DNA of 64,000 nt from Candidatus Omnitrophota bacterium (GTDB taxonomy: Bacteria; Omnitrophota; Gorgyraeia; Zapsychrales; JAKLDJ01): NCBI GenBank assembly GCA_022703585.1, contig JAKLDJ010000006.1:5696-69695 (forward strand), written 5' to 3'. The first letter of the stretch is position 1, and the number at the start of each line of letters is the position of its first letter. The translations under genes were made by a program, and so were the position numbers. The notes beneath the pieces were generated by a model, which had not been told where the DNA came from, did not search any database, and worked only from the letters and a program-made list of their open reading frames with translations. Of the stretch, positions 26,553 to 35,880 are shown in pieces.

Positions 26553-26987
26553 ATGTATCGAAGTCTCGCTGTATTGATTGTTCTCGCAATCTTTGTTATT
26601 GGTTGCGGCCAGAAATCTCAAAAGGAAAGTTACCTTTCGACAACAGAAGAACTACTGAATGAATCCGCCGCAACAGGCACCATTCAAACGCTGCCCTCCC
26701 CCGCAGCAAGTGAAACAGTGGTTTCTCCCGTTGACCAAGCCCCCGTCGTAGAAACATCGTTTACTGCCCCCACCGTTAATGAGATTCAACAGGCGTTAAA
26801 GAGCGCTAATCTCTACACAGGAAAGATCGACGGTGATCTTGGGCCAAAGACCAAGAAAGCCATAAGGGATTTCCAGGAGCAGAATGGTCTTACGGTTGAC
26901 GGAAAAGTAGGCCCCAAGACATGGATGAAGCTTAAGGCATTTCTTAACGCTGCCGAGCAAGCGGATTCCTCGACTGTCCAGGACTAA
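26553..26987 (+). CDS. Lipoprotein with C-terminal peptidoglycan-binding domain (PG_binding_1-like)
   Basis: AAGGAGG RBS. Lipobox VIGCG. IQQALKSANLYTGKIDGDLGPKTKKAIRDFQEQNGLTVDGKVGPKTWMKL matches the PG-binding repeat. Confidence 0.65.
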   Translation: MYRSLAVLIVLAIFVIGCGQKSQKESYLSTTEELLNESAATGTIQTLPSPAASETVVSPVDQAPVVETSFTAPTVNEIQQALKSANLYTGKIDGDLGPKTKKAIRDFQEQNGLTVDGKVGPKTWMKLKAFLNAAEQADSSTVQD

Positions 26988-27099
26988 CAATAGAACGGTT
27001 TAATTCCTGAGAGATATTCTGCAATCTACGGAGAGGGAGTTTGTCTTCAGGGCACGGGCTTCCCCTTAGTAGCGTTGTCTGTTTTTAAGGTCGGTTGTC

Positions 27100-28401
27100 A
27101 TGTCGGATTTAACTCCCCACAAGGTTAATCAAAGCTTGAGGTTTTCCGTGCTGGACGGTATTTTTGCCAGCGGCATGGTGGGGCTTACCCAGGACTACTT
27201 TACGCCGTTTTTGTTGCTTCTGGGTGCGACGGTAAGGCAGGTTGGTATTTTAGGAGCCTTGCCGAATCTTGTCTCTGCGCTTTTGCAGGTTAAAAGCGCT
27301 GACTTGACCGCTCATTTTGAATCCCGCAAGAAAATCTTTTCTCTTTTTGTTTTTCTCCAAGCGTTGATGCTGCTGCCCATGATCTTTGTTTCCTCCCTAG
27401 GTTCATGTAAGCCGATGTTCTTTATTCTCATGGTTACCCTCTTTACCTCGTTTGGTGCTTTCGCGTTGCCGCCGTGGGGAAGCCTTATGTCGGATCTCGT
27501 ACATGAACATAAAAGGGGGGAGTATTTTGGGTGGCGCAATAAGGTCTTGGGGATTCTTCTTGTTGCCTTTAGTTTTCTCGCCGGGGTGATCCTTCATTTT
27601 ATGAAGCCGCATGATATTTTCTCTGGTTTTTCGATCATATTCACGCTTGCATTCTTATGCCGGTTGGCATCACTGCATTTCTTAGCTAAAATGCACGAAC
27701 CGTATTTAAGCCACAAAAAAGAGAATTCCTTTACGCTGTTGATGTTTCTCAGGCGGGTGAAAGAAAGCAATTTTGCAAAATTCGTTTTTTTCGTGGCCTT
27801 TTTCAATTTTTCGGTTAATCTGGCAGCGCCGTTTTTTGCGGTCTTCATGTTGAAGGATATGCATTTTAGTTATCTTACCTATACCGTGATTACGGCTACT
27901 GCAACGCTGATGGTTTATCTGATGATGGGCCGCTGGGGAAGGCATGCGGATAGGGTCGGCAATGTCAAGGTGATTCGGTTGACTGCGCCTATAATTATAA
28001 CGCTGCCGTTGTTGTGGATTATCAGTCAAAATCCTGTATTCTTACTTTTTGCGCAGATTGTTTCAGGCTTTGCTTGGGCAGGATTTAATCTATGCGCCAG
28101 TAATTTTATTTACGATTCGACAACCCCTGAGAAACGAACGCGTTGCATTGCCTATTTTAATGTGATTAACGGGTTAGCGATCTGTTTTGGCGCACTTATC
28201 GGAGGGTTCTTAGTCGACTGGTTGCCGCCGTTTCTCGGATACAAGATCTTAACGCTTTTTTGGCTTACTTCGCTATGCCGTTTGCTGGTTGTTGTCTTTA
28301 TTGCACCTAAAATAAAAGAGGTCCGTCCAGTTCGTGCTGTGAGCAACATTGAACTTCTCTCAAGCATGGTCGGTATTCACCCCATCTTAAAAACAAATTA
28401 A
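27100..28401 (+). CDS. MFS transporter
   Basis: 12 predicted TM segments. GRWGRHADRVG matches the MFS signature loop between TM8 and TM9. Confidence 0.75.
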   Translation: MSDLTPHKVNQSLRFSVLDGIFASGMVGLTQDYFTPFLLLLGATVRQVGILGALPNLVSALLQVKSADLTAHFESRKKIFSLFVFLQALMLLPMIFVSSLGSCKPMFFILMVTLFTSFGAFALPPWGSLMSDLVHEHKRGEYFGWRNKVLGILLVAFSFLAGVILHFMKPHDIFSGFSIIFTLAFLCRLASLHFLAKMHEPYLSHKKENSFTLLMFLRRVKESNFAKFVFFVAFFNFSVNLAAPFFAVFMLKDMHFSYLTYTVITATATLMVYLMMGRWGRHADRVGNVKVIRLTAPIIITLPLLWIISQNPVFLLFAQIVSGFAWAGFNLCASNFIYDSTTPEKRTRCIAYFNVINGLAICFGALIGGFLVDWLPPFLGYKILTLFWLTSLCRLLVVVFIAPKIKEVRPVRAVSNIELLSSMVGIHPILKTN

Positions 28402-28459
28402 AATTAATTAGTTTGTGTTATAAATAAGTGGTAATATAAGGCTGCTAAAAACAGATAAA

Positions 28460-29980
28460 ATGACTAAGAAAAAACAAGAAACTAAAAAACGCGGGTGCGG
28501 TATCCTGCTCCATATATCATCGTTGCCTTCCGCATACGGCATCGGCGATTTCGGAGAGGATGCATACCGCTTTGTTGATTTTCTCGCCGAGACAAGGCAA
28601 ATCTTTTGGCAAATCCTTCCCTTAAGTCCGGTATCGTCAGTCATGAGCAACTCTCCGTATAGCAGTTTTTCTGCTTTTGCCGGAAATTATCTTTTTATTA
28701 ATCCCGATATGCTGGTAAAAGAGGGGTTTATTTCAAAATCCGACCTTGAAGGACGCCCAGCTTTTTCTAATGACAAGGTTGATTATAATGCGGTTAGCGA
28801 ATACAAAACTAAGGTCCTTCGGCTTGCCTATCAAAAATATAAAAATAAGATCGGTAAAGATAAAGATTTTCAAACGTTTTATGCAAAAAACTCGCATTGG
28901 CTTGATGATTACAGTCTGTTCGTAGCCCTCAAAGAACATCTTAACGGGGCAATGTGGAGCGACTGGCCCAAAGAGTTACGCGACAGAAAGAAGGCCGCGC
29001 TTGATGCAATTAAGGGGAAATTGGGCGAGCGTATTTTCTTAGAATTCTTTTTGCAATATTTATTCTTTAGGCAATGGACAGCGCTTAAAAGCTATTGCAA
29101 TTCCAAAAATATTAAAATCATTGGCGACATACCGATTTATGTTAGTTACGATAGCTGTGATGTCTGGGTTAATCCGAACATTTTTAAACTTGATAAACAA
29201 AAAAAGCCCACCTTCGTGGCGGGCGTACCGCCTGATTTCTTTAGCTCGACGGGGCAGCTATGGGGAAATCCGGTTTACCGCTGGGATACTTTAAAAAAGG
29301 AAAATTATGCATGGTGGATTGAACGCTTCGATCATAATTTAACCTTATATGACATCATCCGGGTCGATCATTTCCGAGGTTTTGTCGGATTTTGGCAGGT
29401 GCCGGCGGAAGAAAAAACCGCGATCAAAGGTAAATGGGTTAAAGTGGCGGCAAAAGATTTCTTTTCAAAATTGTTAAAGCATTTTCCGCATATGCCCATC
29501 ATTGCCGAAGACTTAGGAATAATTACAGATGACGTGCGCGAGGTTATGACTCAGTTTAATATTCCGGGGATGAAACTGCTTCTTTTCGCATTTGACGATA
29601 AGCCGGCTAAGCATCCTTACATGCCGCATAACCATGTCAAAAACTGCCTTGTCTACACGGGAACCCATGACAACAATACCGTTCGAGGCTGGTTTGAAAA
29701 AGAGGCAAGGCCGGAGGACCGCAGCCGGGTCCTACGTTATATAGGCCGTGACGTTCCGTCTCACGAAATCGGCTGGGAATTTGTCAGAATTGCCATGATG
29801 TCGGTTGCGGATACGATTGTTTTACCTCTGCAGGATGTCTTGGGGTTAGGCGAAGAAGGCCGTATGAACCGGCCGGGCACAACCGAAAACAATTGGCAAT
29901 GGCGGCTTTCACCAAATGCAATTAATCCTTCCGTAATTTCTAGGCTCAAAGAGGCAACTGAAATTTACGGCCGTTGCTAA
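28460..29980 (+). CDS. malQ: 4-alpha-glucanotransferase (amylomaltase)
   Basis: GILLHISSLPSAYGIGDFGEDAYRFVDFLAETRQIFWQILPL...RVDHFRGF...GDLGI, conserved GH77 motifs. Confidence 0.9.
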   Translation: MTKKKQETKKRGCGILLHISSLPSAYGIGDFGEDAYRFVDFLAETRQIFWQILPLSPVSSVMSNSPYSSFSAFAGNYLFINPDMLVKEGFISKSDLEGRPAFSNDKVDYNAVSEYKTKVLRLAYQKYKNKIGKDKDFQTFYAKNSHWLDDYSLFVALKEHLNGAMWSDWPKELRDRKKAALDAIKGKLGERIFLEFFLQYLFFRQWTALKSYCNSKNIKIIGDIPIYVSYDSCDVWVNPNIFKLDKQKKPTFVAGVPPDFFSSTGQLWGNPVYRWDTLKKENYAWWIERFDHNLTLYDIIRVDHFRGFVGFWQVPAEEKTAIKGKWVKVAAKDFFSKLLKHFPHMPIIAEDLGIITDDVREVMTQFNIPGMKLLLFAFDDKPAKHPYMPHNHVKNCLVYTGTHDNNTVRGWFEKEARPEDRSRVLRYIGRDVPSHEIGWEFVRIAMMSVADTIVLPLQDVLGLGEEGRMNRPGTTENNWQWRLSPNAINPSVISRLKEATEIYGRC

Positions 29981-30136
29981 ACGGTCTTTGGTTCGGTGCC
30001 TTGGGCTCTTACACATTGTCCTTGTTTTACCAGCTGGATAATACTTCGCTGGAACGTCACCAAAATACTTGACAGTCAATTTTCTTATTTATATAGTATT
30101 GAAAAACAGGATAATACTTAAGCCATAAAAGGGTGG

Positions 30137-30583
30137 GTGGAATCCGTGAAAAAGCTTCTAAACTTTAGCGCTGTATCTTTGGTTTTTTTTGCCGGGGTCT
30201 TCGCGGCGCTGTCGCTTGCCCCAAAGGCATCTTTAGCCCAAGGAAAGGAAATAATGGCCTTCTCTTACGGGACGGTGCTGGACATATCTAAAAACCAAAT
30301 TGTGGTCAGTGAATACGATTATGACAAAGATGAGGAGTCCGAGGCCTCCTACGTGATCGATCGGAAAACGGAATTTAAGAATGTCAAATCGGCTACGGAT
30401 ATCGTTGCCGGAGATAGCGCGGATATTGTTTATGTGATTTCAGACGGCGAGAGAGTCGCCCAGAGTATTTCAATCGAAAGGCAGGCGAATGACGAAGAAG
30501 TTGACCTTGAGGATAGCGGTATCGAACCCGCCGGGGAAAACAGCCTGCCGCCTTCAGCGATTGTGACGGAGAATAAAATCTAA
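30137..30583 (+). CDS. Secreted hypothetical protein
   Basis: Signal peptide and an acidic C-terminus. No family recognised. Confidence 0.4.
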   Translation: MESVKKLLNFSAVSLVFFAGVFAALSLAPKASLAQGKEIMAFSYGTVLDISKNQIVVSEYDYDKDEESEASYVIDRKTEFKNVKSATDIVAGDSADIVYVISDGERVAQSISIERQANDEEVDLEDSGIEPAGENSLPPSAIVTENKI

Positions 30584-31164
30584 TGAAAAATTTCCTTCTG
30601 GCTTTTGTGCCTATTTTTGTGGCGGTTGATGCCCTGGGCGTTTTACCCATCTTTTGTTCTTTAACTCAGGGGCTCAAGAAAATAGAGAGGGCGCGTATCA
30701 TCGCCCAGTCGGTATTTACCGCTTTGTGTTTGGCCGTGGCGTTTATATTTTTAGGGAAAGCGACTTTTAAATTTCTTGGGATTACGGTCGGAGATTTTAT
30801 GATAGCAGGAGGGGTCATTTTATTTTGCATCGCGATCGTTGATATTATGAATCCGCAGAAGCATCATCAAATTTCTGCGCAGTCTTTAGGCGCGGTTCCC
30901 CTGGGAACGCCTCTGATCGTCGGTCCGGCAGTCCTGACGACCTCGCTTATTATCATGGATCAATGCGGGATATTCGCGACGCTGGTCTCCGTTTTTGTCA
31001 ATGTCCTTTTGGCGGGATTTATTTTTCTTCTTTCCGGTGTGCTTATAAAGATCTTAGGAGAGGCCGGTGCGAGGGCGATTTCGAAAGTTACCAGCCTGTT
31101 TCTGGCGGCCATAGCCGTTATGATGATCCGAAAGGGCCTCATGCTGATCCTCCTCATTCCCTAA
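30583..31164 (+). CDS. MarC family (UPF0056) membrane protein
   Basis: MKNFLLAFVPIFVAVDALGVLPIFCSL: the characteristic MarC N-terminus. Six TM segments. Confidence 0.8.
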   Translation: MKNFLLAFVPIFVAVDALGVLPIFCSLTQGLKKIERARIIAQSVFTALCLAVAFIFLGKATFKFLGITVGDFMIAGGVILFCIAIVDIMNPQKHHQISAQSLGAVPLGTPLIVGPAVLTTSLIIMDQCGIFATLVSVFVNVLLAGFIFLLSGVLIKILGEAGARAISKVTSLFLAAIAVMMIRKGLMLILLIP

Positions 31165-31208
31165 GGCCTGCCAACCTATTTTTCTAAATCCAAAATAATA
31201 AAATATAA

Positions 31209-31865
31209 ATGAAGATCAAGGCGGAAGCGATCATTTTTGACATGGATGGTGTTATTACCAACACCATGCCTGACCATTTTTGTGCATGGAAGATTATCTT
31301 TAGACAGGAAGGTATCCGGGTCAGCCATCTGGATGTTTACAAAAGAGAAGGCCAGCGGGGGATTAATAGCGTCAAAGAAATCTTTAAAGAGCATCATCTT
31401 CCTTTGGAGAAACGCAAAGCGAGGGAAATTCTTGCGCGCAAAGAGGAATTATTTAAAAAGATTGTTAAAGTCCGGTTTATTTCCGGCGCCAGAAGATTTT
31501 TAAAGTTTCTGCACCGGAATGATTTTAAGTTAGCGCTGGTAACGGGTACGGCACGCCACGAGGTTCGCAAAATCCTTCCTGACGGTATATACAATCTCTT
31601 TGATGTTGTGGTTACCGGAAGCGATGTCCGGTTCGGTAAGCCGCACCCGGAACCATTTTTAAAAGCCGTAAAGAAACTCAAAGTCAAGCCTGGTGCCGCC
31701 GTTGTCATTGAAAATGCGCCTTTTGGTATTCGCTCGGCAAAGGCAGCCGGCTTAAAATGCTTGGCGGTCGCGACCTCGCTTCCCGGCCGGTATCTGCACG
31801 ATGCCGATGCAATTTTCTCATCGATTCATGACTTGCAAGGAAAAGTGAGGTTTTTGAAAGATTAA
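31209..31865 (+). CDS. HAD-IA family hydrolase (beta-phosphoglucomutase-like)
   Basis: IIFDMDGVITNT motif I, ...LVTGT... motif II, and GKPHPEPF plus VIENAPFGIRSAKAAG motifs III/IV. Confidence 0.8.
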   Translation: MKIKAEAIIFDMDGVITNTMPDHFCAWKIIFRQEGIRVSHLDVYKREGQRGINSVKEIFKEHHLPLEKRKAREILARKEELFKKIVKVRFISGARRFLKFLHRNDFKLALVTGTARHEVRKILPDGIYNLFDVVVTGSDVRFGKPHPEPFLKAVKKLKVKPGAAVVIENAPFGIRSAKAAGLKCLAVATSLPGRYLHDADAIFSSIHDLQGKVRFLKD

Positions 31866-31923
31866 GAATCAAAATTTATGCGGATTGCGGTATAATCAAA
31901 ATAAATTTGAGGTTTAAAAAACG

Positions 31924-32799
31924 ATGGCGGTTACGATTAAAAACGCGCTCATTCTTTGCAAGAAGAGTTTTTACCAAATCTATTTTCTCCGGAGAAGAAA
32001 CTCTTCGGTAAAAGAATTCTTGCGTATTGAAACTTCAACGCAAACGGATTTTAAAAAAAGTCACGAAGAGCATTATCGGGCGCTGGCGGAGGTTCAGCGG
32101 GTTATGCGGGCACGCGGCATTCGGTTTAAAATACGTTATCGCGGCCAAAAAATCGATTATACCCCGTTTGATTTTGTGATTTCGGTCGGCGGTGACGGGA
32201 CTTTCCTTGAGGCTGCTCGTCATATTGGAAAACAAATAATTCTGGGGGTTAATTCGGATCCCAAACGCAGCGTGGGCCGTTTTTGCTCCACGGATCGGAA
32301 AGGATTTAGCAAAGCTTTAGCATCTGTTCTTTCCGGCCGGTGCAAGATTTCATCATTAAACAGGATAAGGTTAAAATTAAATAATACCGGCCGCACGGCT
32401 AATGTGCTAAACGACATTTTGGTATGCCATAAAAATCCCGCCGCCATGAGCCGGTATTGTTTTACAATTAACGGCGTTAAAGAAGAACAGCGCAGTTCCG
32501 GCTTGTGGATTGCGACTGCCGCCGGTTCATCCGGGGCCATTCATTCGGCAGGAGGCAAGCTGATTCCCCGAGATTCAAAACTGATCCAGTATATGCCCAG
32601 GGAATTATTTCAAAGTCATGGGATAAAATGCTGCCTTAAGGGGGATGTTCTCATGCTTCGACAGCCCATGATAGTACGTTCCATGATGCGTAGCGGCGTG
32701 ATTTATGTTGACGGCGCCCATTTAAAATTTTCTTTTGGCTTCGGCGATATTGTCAGTATTTCTCTTTCCAAAGAGCCTCTTCGGGTTATTGATTTTTAA
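31924..32799 (+). CDS. nadK: NAD(+) kinase
   Basis: DFVISVGGDGTFLEAAR and the downstream NDxxV...G...ATxxGSTAYSxSAGG-like segments. Confidence 0.8.
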   Translation: MAVTIKNALILCKKSFYQIYFLRRRNSSVKEFLRIETSTQTDFKKSHEEHYRALAEVQRVMRARGIRFKIRYRGQKIDYTPFDFVISVGGDGTFLEAARHIGKQIILGVNSDPKRSVGRFCSTDRKGFSKALASVLSGRCKISSLNRIRLKLNNTGRTANVLNDILVCHKNPAAMSRYCFTINGVKEEQRSSGLWIATAAGSSGAIHSAGGKLIPRDSKLIQYMPRELFQSHGIKCCLKGDVLMLRQPMIVRSMMRSGVIYVDGAHLKFSFGFGDIVSISLSKEPLRVIDF

Positions 32800-32819
32800 G
32801 GCGAATTATCGCTCTTCCC

Positions 32820-33881
32820 ATGACAAAAGCACTCCCATTTACCCAAAAATTGCTTTTCTGGTACCGTCGCAATGCCCGCGACTTACCCTGGCGCCGCACC
32901 AAAGACCCCTACAAGATATGGATCTCGGAAATAATGCTCCAGCAGACGACCGTCAACGCGGTTATTCCGTATTACAAACGGTGGGTGAAAGAATTTCCCT
33001 CAATTCAAAGTGTCGCCGATGCGCCGCTACAAAAAATCCTCCGATTTTGGCAAGGGCTGGGTTATTACCAGAGAGCCAGAAATATTCATAAATCTGCCAA
33101 GACCATTTCTAAGAACTATTTTAGGAGAATTCCGCGTGATCTGAATATCCTTAAAAAACTTCCCGGATTTGGCGCCTACACGGTCGGGGCGGTTTTAAGT
33201 ATCGCATTTGACTATCCCATGACGATTATCGATGCCAATATCCGACGGGTTGTCATGCGGCAGTTGGCAATTAAGGGGAGGGCGGACAACTCTCATGACG
33301 GAAAAATTTCATTATTTCTTAAAGGAGTTTTGCCTGGCGAGCATTGTGGAGATTTTAATCAGGCATTGATGGAGTTAGGGGCTTTGGTTTGCCGTAATAA
33401 AGAACCGCTCTGTTCTGTATGTCCGGTTAAAGGCGGATGCGCGGCTTATAAAAAAGGCATTCAGGAAATTATTCCGCAGCCAAAGAATAGGCGCATAAAA
33501 GAAATTGACGTTTCCGTGGCGGTTATCAAAAGAAATAACCGATATTTTATCCAAAAGAGGCCTTCTCGGGGGCTGCTTGCGGATCTATGGGAATTTCCGG
33601 GGGGAAAAATTATTCCCGGGGAAACACAAAAACAGGCTCTCGAAAGAGAGTTGCTGGAAGAGCTGGGAATCCGCGTGTATGGCCTAAGGCATTTTGCGGA
33701 TGTCCAGCATTTTTATACGCAGTTTCGGGTAAAATTGCATGTTTGGATTTGCGGGGTTGCCTCAGGAATACCTTCCGATAAAACTCACCGCTGGGTGAGG
33801 CCGGATGATTTTTCTAAATATCCGATGCCTTCCGGCAGCGCTAAAATCGTTGATCTTATTTCTTCCGGGAAAGTGCGCTAA
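32820..33881 (+). CDS. mutY: A/G-specific adenine DNA glycosylase
   Basis: LLFWYRRNARDLPWRRTKDPYKIWISEIMLQQTTV. HhH-GPD: LPGFGAYTVGAVLSIAF. A 4Fe-4S Cys cluster (CxxxxxxCxxCxxxxxC) and a C-terminal NUDIX-like domain. Confidence 0.85.
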   Translation: MTKALPFTQKLLFWYRRNARDLPWRRTKDPYKIWISEIMLQQTTVNAVIPYYKRWVKEFPSIQSVADAPLQKILRFWQGLGYYQRARNIHKSAKTISKNYFRRIPRDLNILKKLPGFGAYTVGAVLSIAFDYPMTIIDANIRRVVMRQLAIKGRADNSHDGKISLFLKGVLPGEHCGDFNQALMELGALVCRNKEPLCSVCPVKGGCAAYKKGIQEIIPQPKNRRIKEIDVSVAVIKRNNRYFIQKRPSRGLLADLWEFPGGKIIPGETQKQALERELLEELGIRVYGLRHFADVQHFYTQFRVKLHVWICGVASGIPSDKTHRWVRPDDFSKYPMPSGSAKIVDLISSGKVR

Positions 33882-34022
33882 AAGACCGGCTAGCCACTTC
33901 TGTTTATAAACTTAATACTGTGAAATAGATAAGGTGGAAATTGACATTTTTCGGGGTTGGGTTAAAATCTTTATGGTGCATAAGATGCCCCATTTTGGGT
34001 CTGAAAAACCAATAATACGACG

Positions 34023-34781
34023 ATGAAAATTCTTCTTACTAACGATGACGGGATTTACGCGGAAGGCATTTTTGCGCTTTACGCTGAGCTTAAGAAAATC
34101 GGCAAGGTGACGGTTGTCGCGCCTGATTCCGAGCGCAGTTCGATCGGACATGCGATTACCCTGGCGCACCCGATTCTGATGAAGAAAGTTAACCGTGGGG
34201 GGAAATTTTTTGGCTTCGGCATTACCGGGACTCCGGCTGATTGCGTGAAGTTTGCGGTCGGAATTATCCTAAAGCAAAAACCGGACCTGGTCGTTTCCGG
34301 GATCAATTTAGGCCCCAATGACGGATGCAGCGTTTTTTATTCGGGAACGATTGCCGGGGCAAGGGAAGGGGCCATCTTAGGGATTCCTTCAATTGCAGTC
34401 TCCTTGGGGACATTTGTTAATCCGGATTTTTCGTGCGCGGCCAAATTTGCCGCTCGCGTGGCGAAACGTATTCACAAGATGAATTTGCCTCCCAAAACCT
34501 TTCTGAGCCTTAACGTGCCTAATAAGAAACCTAAAGAAATCAAAGGAATTCGAATGACACGCCAAGGGATGGAGCCGATTCACGGCTATTTTACCAAGCG
34601 CGTCGACCCAAATCAGCGTACCTATTACTGGATGTCCGGCAGGTCTCCGGCGATGAAAAGTGATTTAAGCGTTGACACGTATGCACTAAACCGCAATTAT
34701 ATTACTATAACGCCGATGCGTTGCGACCTGACGGACGAGTCGGTTCTTGCGGATTTAGAAAAGTGGGACGTTAGGCTTTAA
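34023..34781 (+). CDS. surE: 5'/3'-nucleotidase SurE
   Basis: MKILLTNDDGIYAEGIFAL...VVAPDSERSSIGHAITL...SGINLGPN, characteristic SurE motifs. Confidence 0.9.
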   Translation: MKILLTNDDGIYAEGIFALYAELKKIGKVTVVAPDSERSSIGHAITLAHPILMKKVNRGGKFFGFGITGTPADCVKFAVGIILKQKPDLVVSGINLGPNDGCSVFYSGTIAGAREGAILGIPSIAVSLGTFVNPDFSCAAKFAARVAKRIHKMNLPPKTFLSLNVPNKKPKEIKGIRMTRQGMEPIHGYFTKRVDPNQRTYYWMSGRSPAMKSDLSVDTYALNRNYITITPMRCDLTDESVLADLEKWDVRL

Positions 34782-34794
34782 GGTCAAGTGGCCG

Positions 34795-35856
34795 ATGATT
34801 ACACAAGAGCAAATTCTCAACACCAAGATTCTGATCGTGGATGACCAAAAACTCCACGTTCTTTTGCTTGAGAAAATACTCAAGACGGCCGGGTACGTTC
34901 ATCTTTACAGCACTACGGATCCACGGCAGGTTATTTCGGCCTACCATAGCTTTCAGCCGGATTTGATTCTTTTGGACCTTAAGATGCCGAATATTGATGG
35001 ATTCCAAATCATGGAGCAGCTTAAAGATCTAAAAAAAGACCGGTATCTTCCGGTTTTAGCGATTTCGGCTGATAAGGGCCAGGAGATACGCTTGAGGGCT
35101 TTGGAGGCGGGGGCAACCGATTTTTTGAGCAAACCGTACGAAAATGTCGAAGTCCTGGTGCGTATCCGCAACATGATTGAAATTCATGTTTTGGATGAGC
35201 AGGTGCGTAGCCAAAATAAAATATTGGAAACAAAGGTCGCTGAGCGCACCAAGGAGCTTTATGACACCCGGCTTGACATTGTTCATCGTCTGGCACGCGC
35301 GGCTGAATACCGCGATAATGATACCGGCATGCATGTTATCCGCATGAGCCAGTATTGCGCCAAATTAGGCCAGGCTGCGGGTTTAAGCGATGCACAATGC
35401 GAGTTGTTGCTTACAGCAAGCCCCCTGCACGATATCGGTAAGATTGGCATTCCTGACAGCATTCTTCTCAAGCCCGGGAAGTTGACTCCGGAAGAATGGG
35501 AAATTATGAAAACTCATGCGCTTATCGGCGGCGAGTTATTGTCCGGAAGTACGTCGCCGTTAATGAAAATGGCTGAAATGATCGCCGTATCTCATCATGA
35601 AAAATGGGACGGGACGGGTTATCCAAAAGGTCTTAAGGGTGAAGACATCCCTTTGGTAGGGCGTATCTGCGCGATATGCGATGTTTTTGATGCCCTGACC
35701 TCAGAGCGGCCTTACAAAAAGGCCTGGGCGATTGGGGATGCCGCAAATGAGATCAAAAATCAAAGCGGAAAACAATTTGATCCCCATCTGGTTGAATGCT
35801 TTCTTAAGATTCTTCCCGAAATTGATAATATTAATCAGGCTCATTCGGAAAAATAA
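34795..35856 (+). CDS. Response regulator with HD-GYP c-di-GMP phosphodiesterase domain
   Basis: REC domain (ILIVDDQ...ILLDLKMPNIDGF) and HD-GYP (HVIRMSQYC...HDIGKIGIP...HHEKWDGTGYPKGL...DVFDALTSERPYKKA). Confidence 0.85.
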   Translation: MITQEQILNTKILIVDDQKLHVLLLEKILKTAGYVHLYSTTDPRQVISAYHSFQPDLILLDLKMPNIDGFQIMEQLKDLKKDRYLPVLAISADKGQEIRLRALEAGATDFLSKPYENVEVLVRIRNMIEIHVLDEQVRSQNKILETKVAERTKELYDTRLDIVHRLARAAEYRDNDTGMHVIRMSQYCAKLGQAAGLSDAQCELLLTASPLHDIGKIGIPDSILLKPGKLTPEEWEIMKTHALIGGELLSGSTSPLMKMAEMIAVSHHEKWDGTGYPKGLKGEDIPLVGRICAICDVFDALTSERPYKKAWAIGDAANEIKNQSGKQFDPHLVECFLKILPEIDNINQAHSEK

Positions 35857-35880
35857 CTGAGAAAAGAATCGAAGATACCC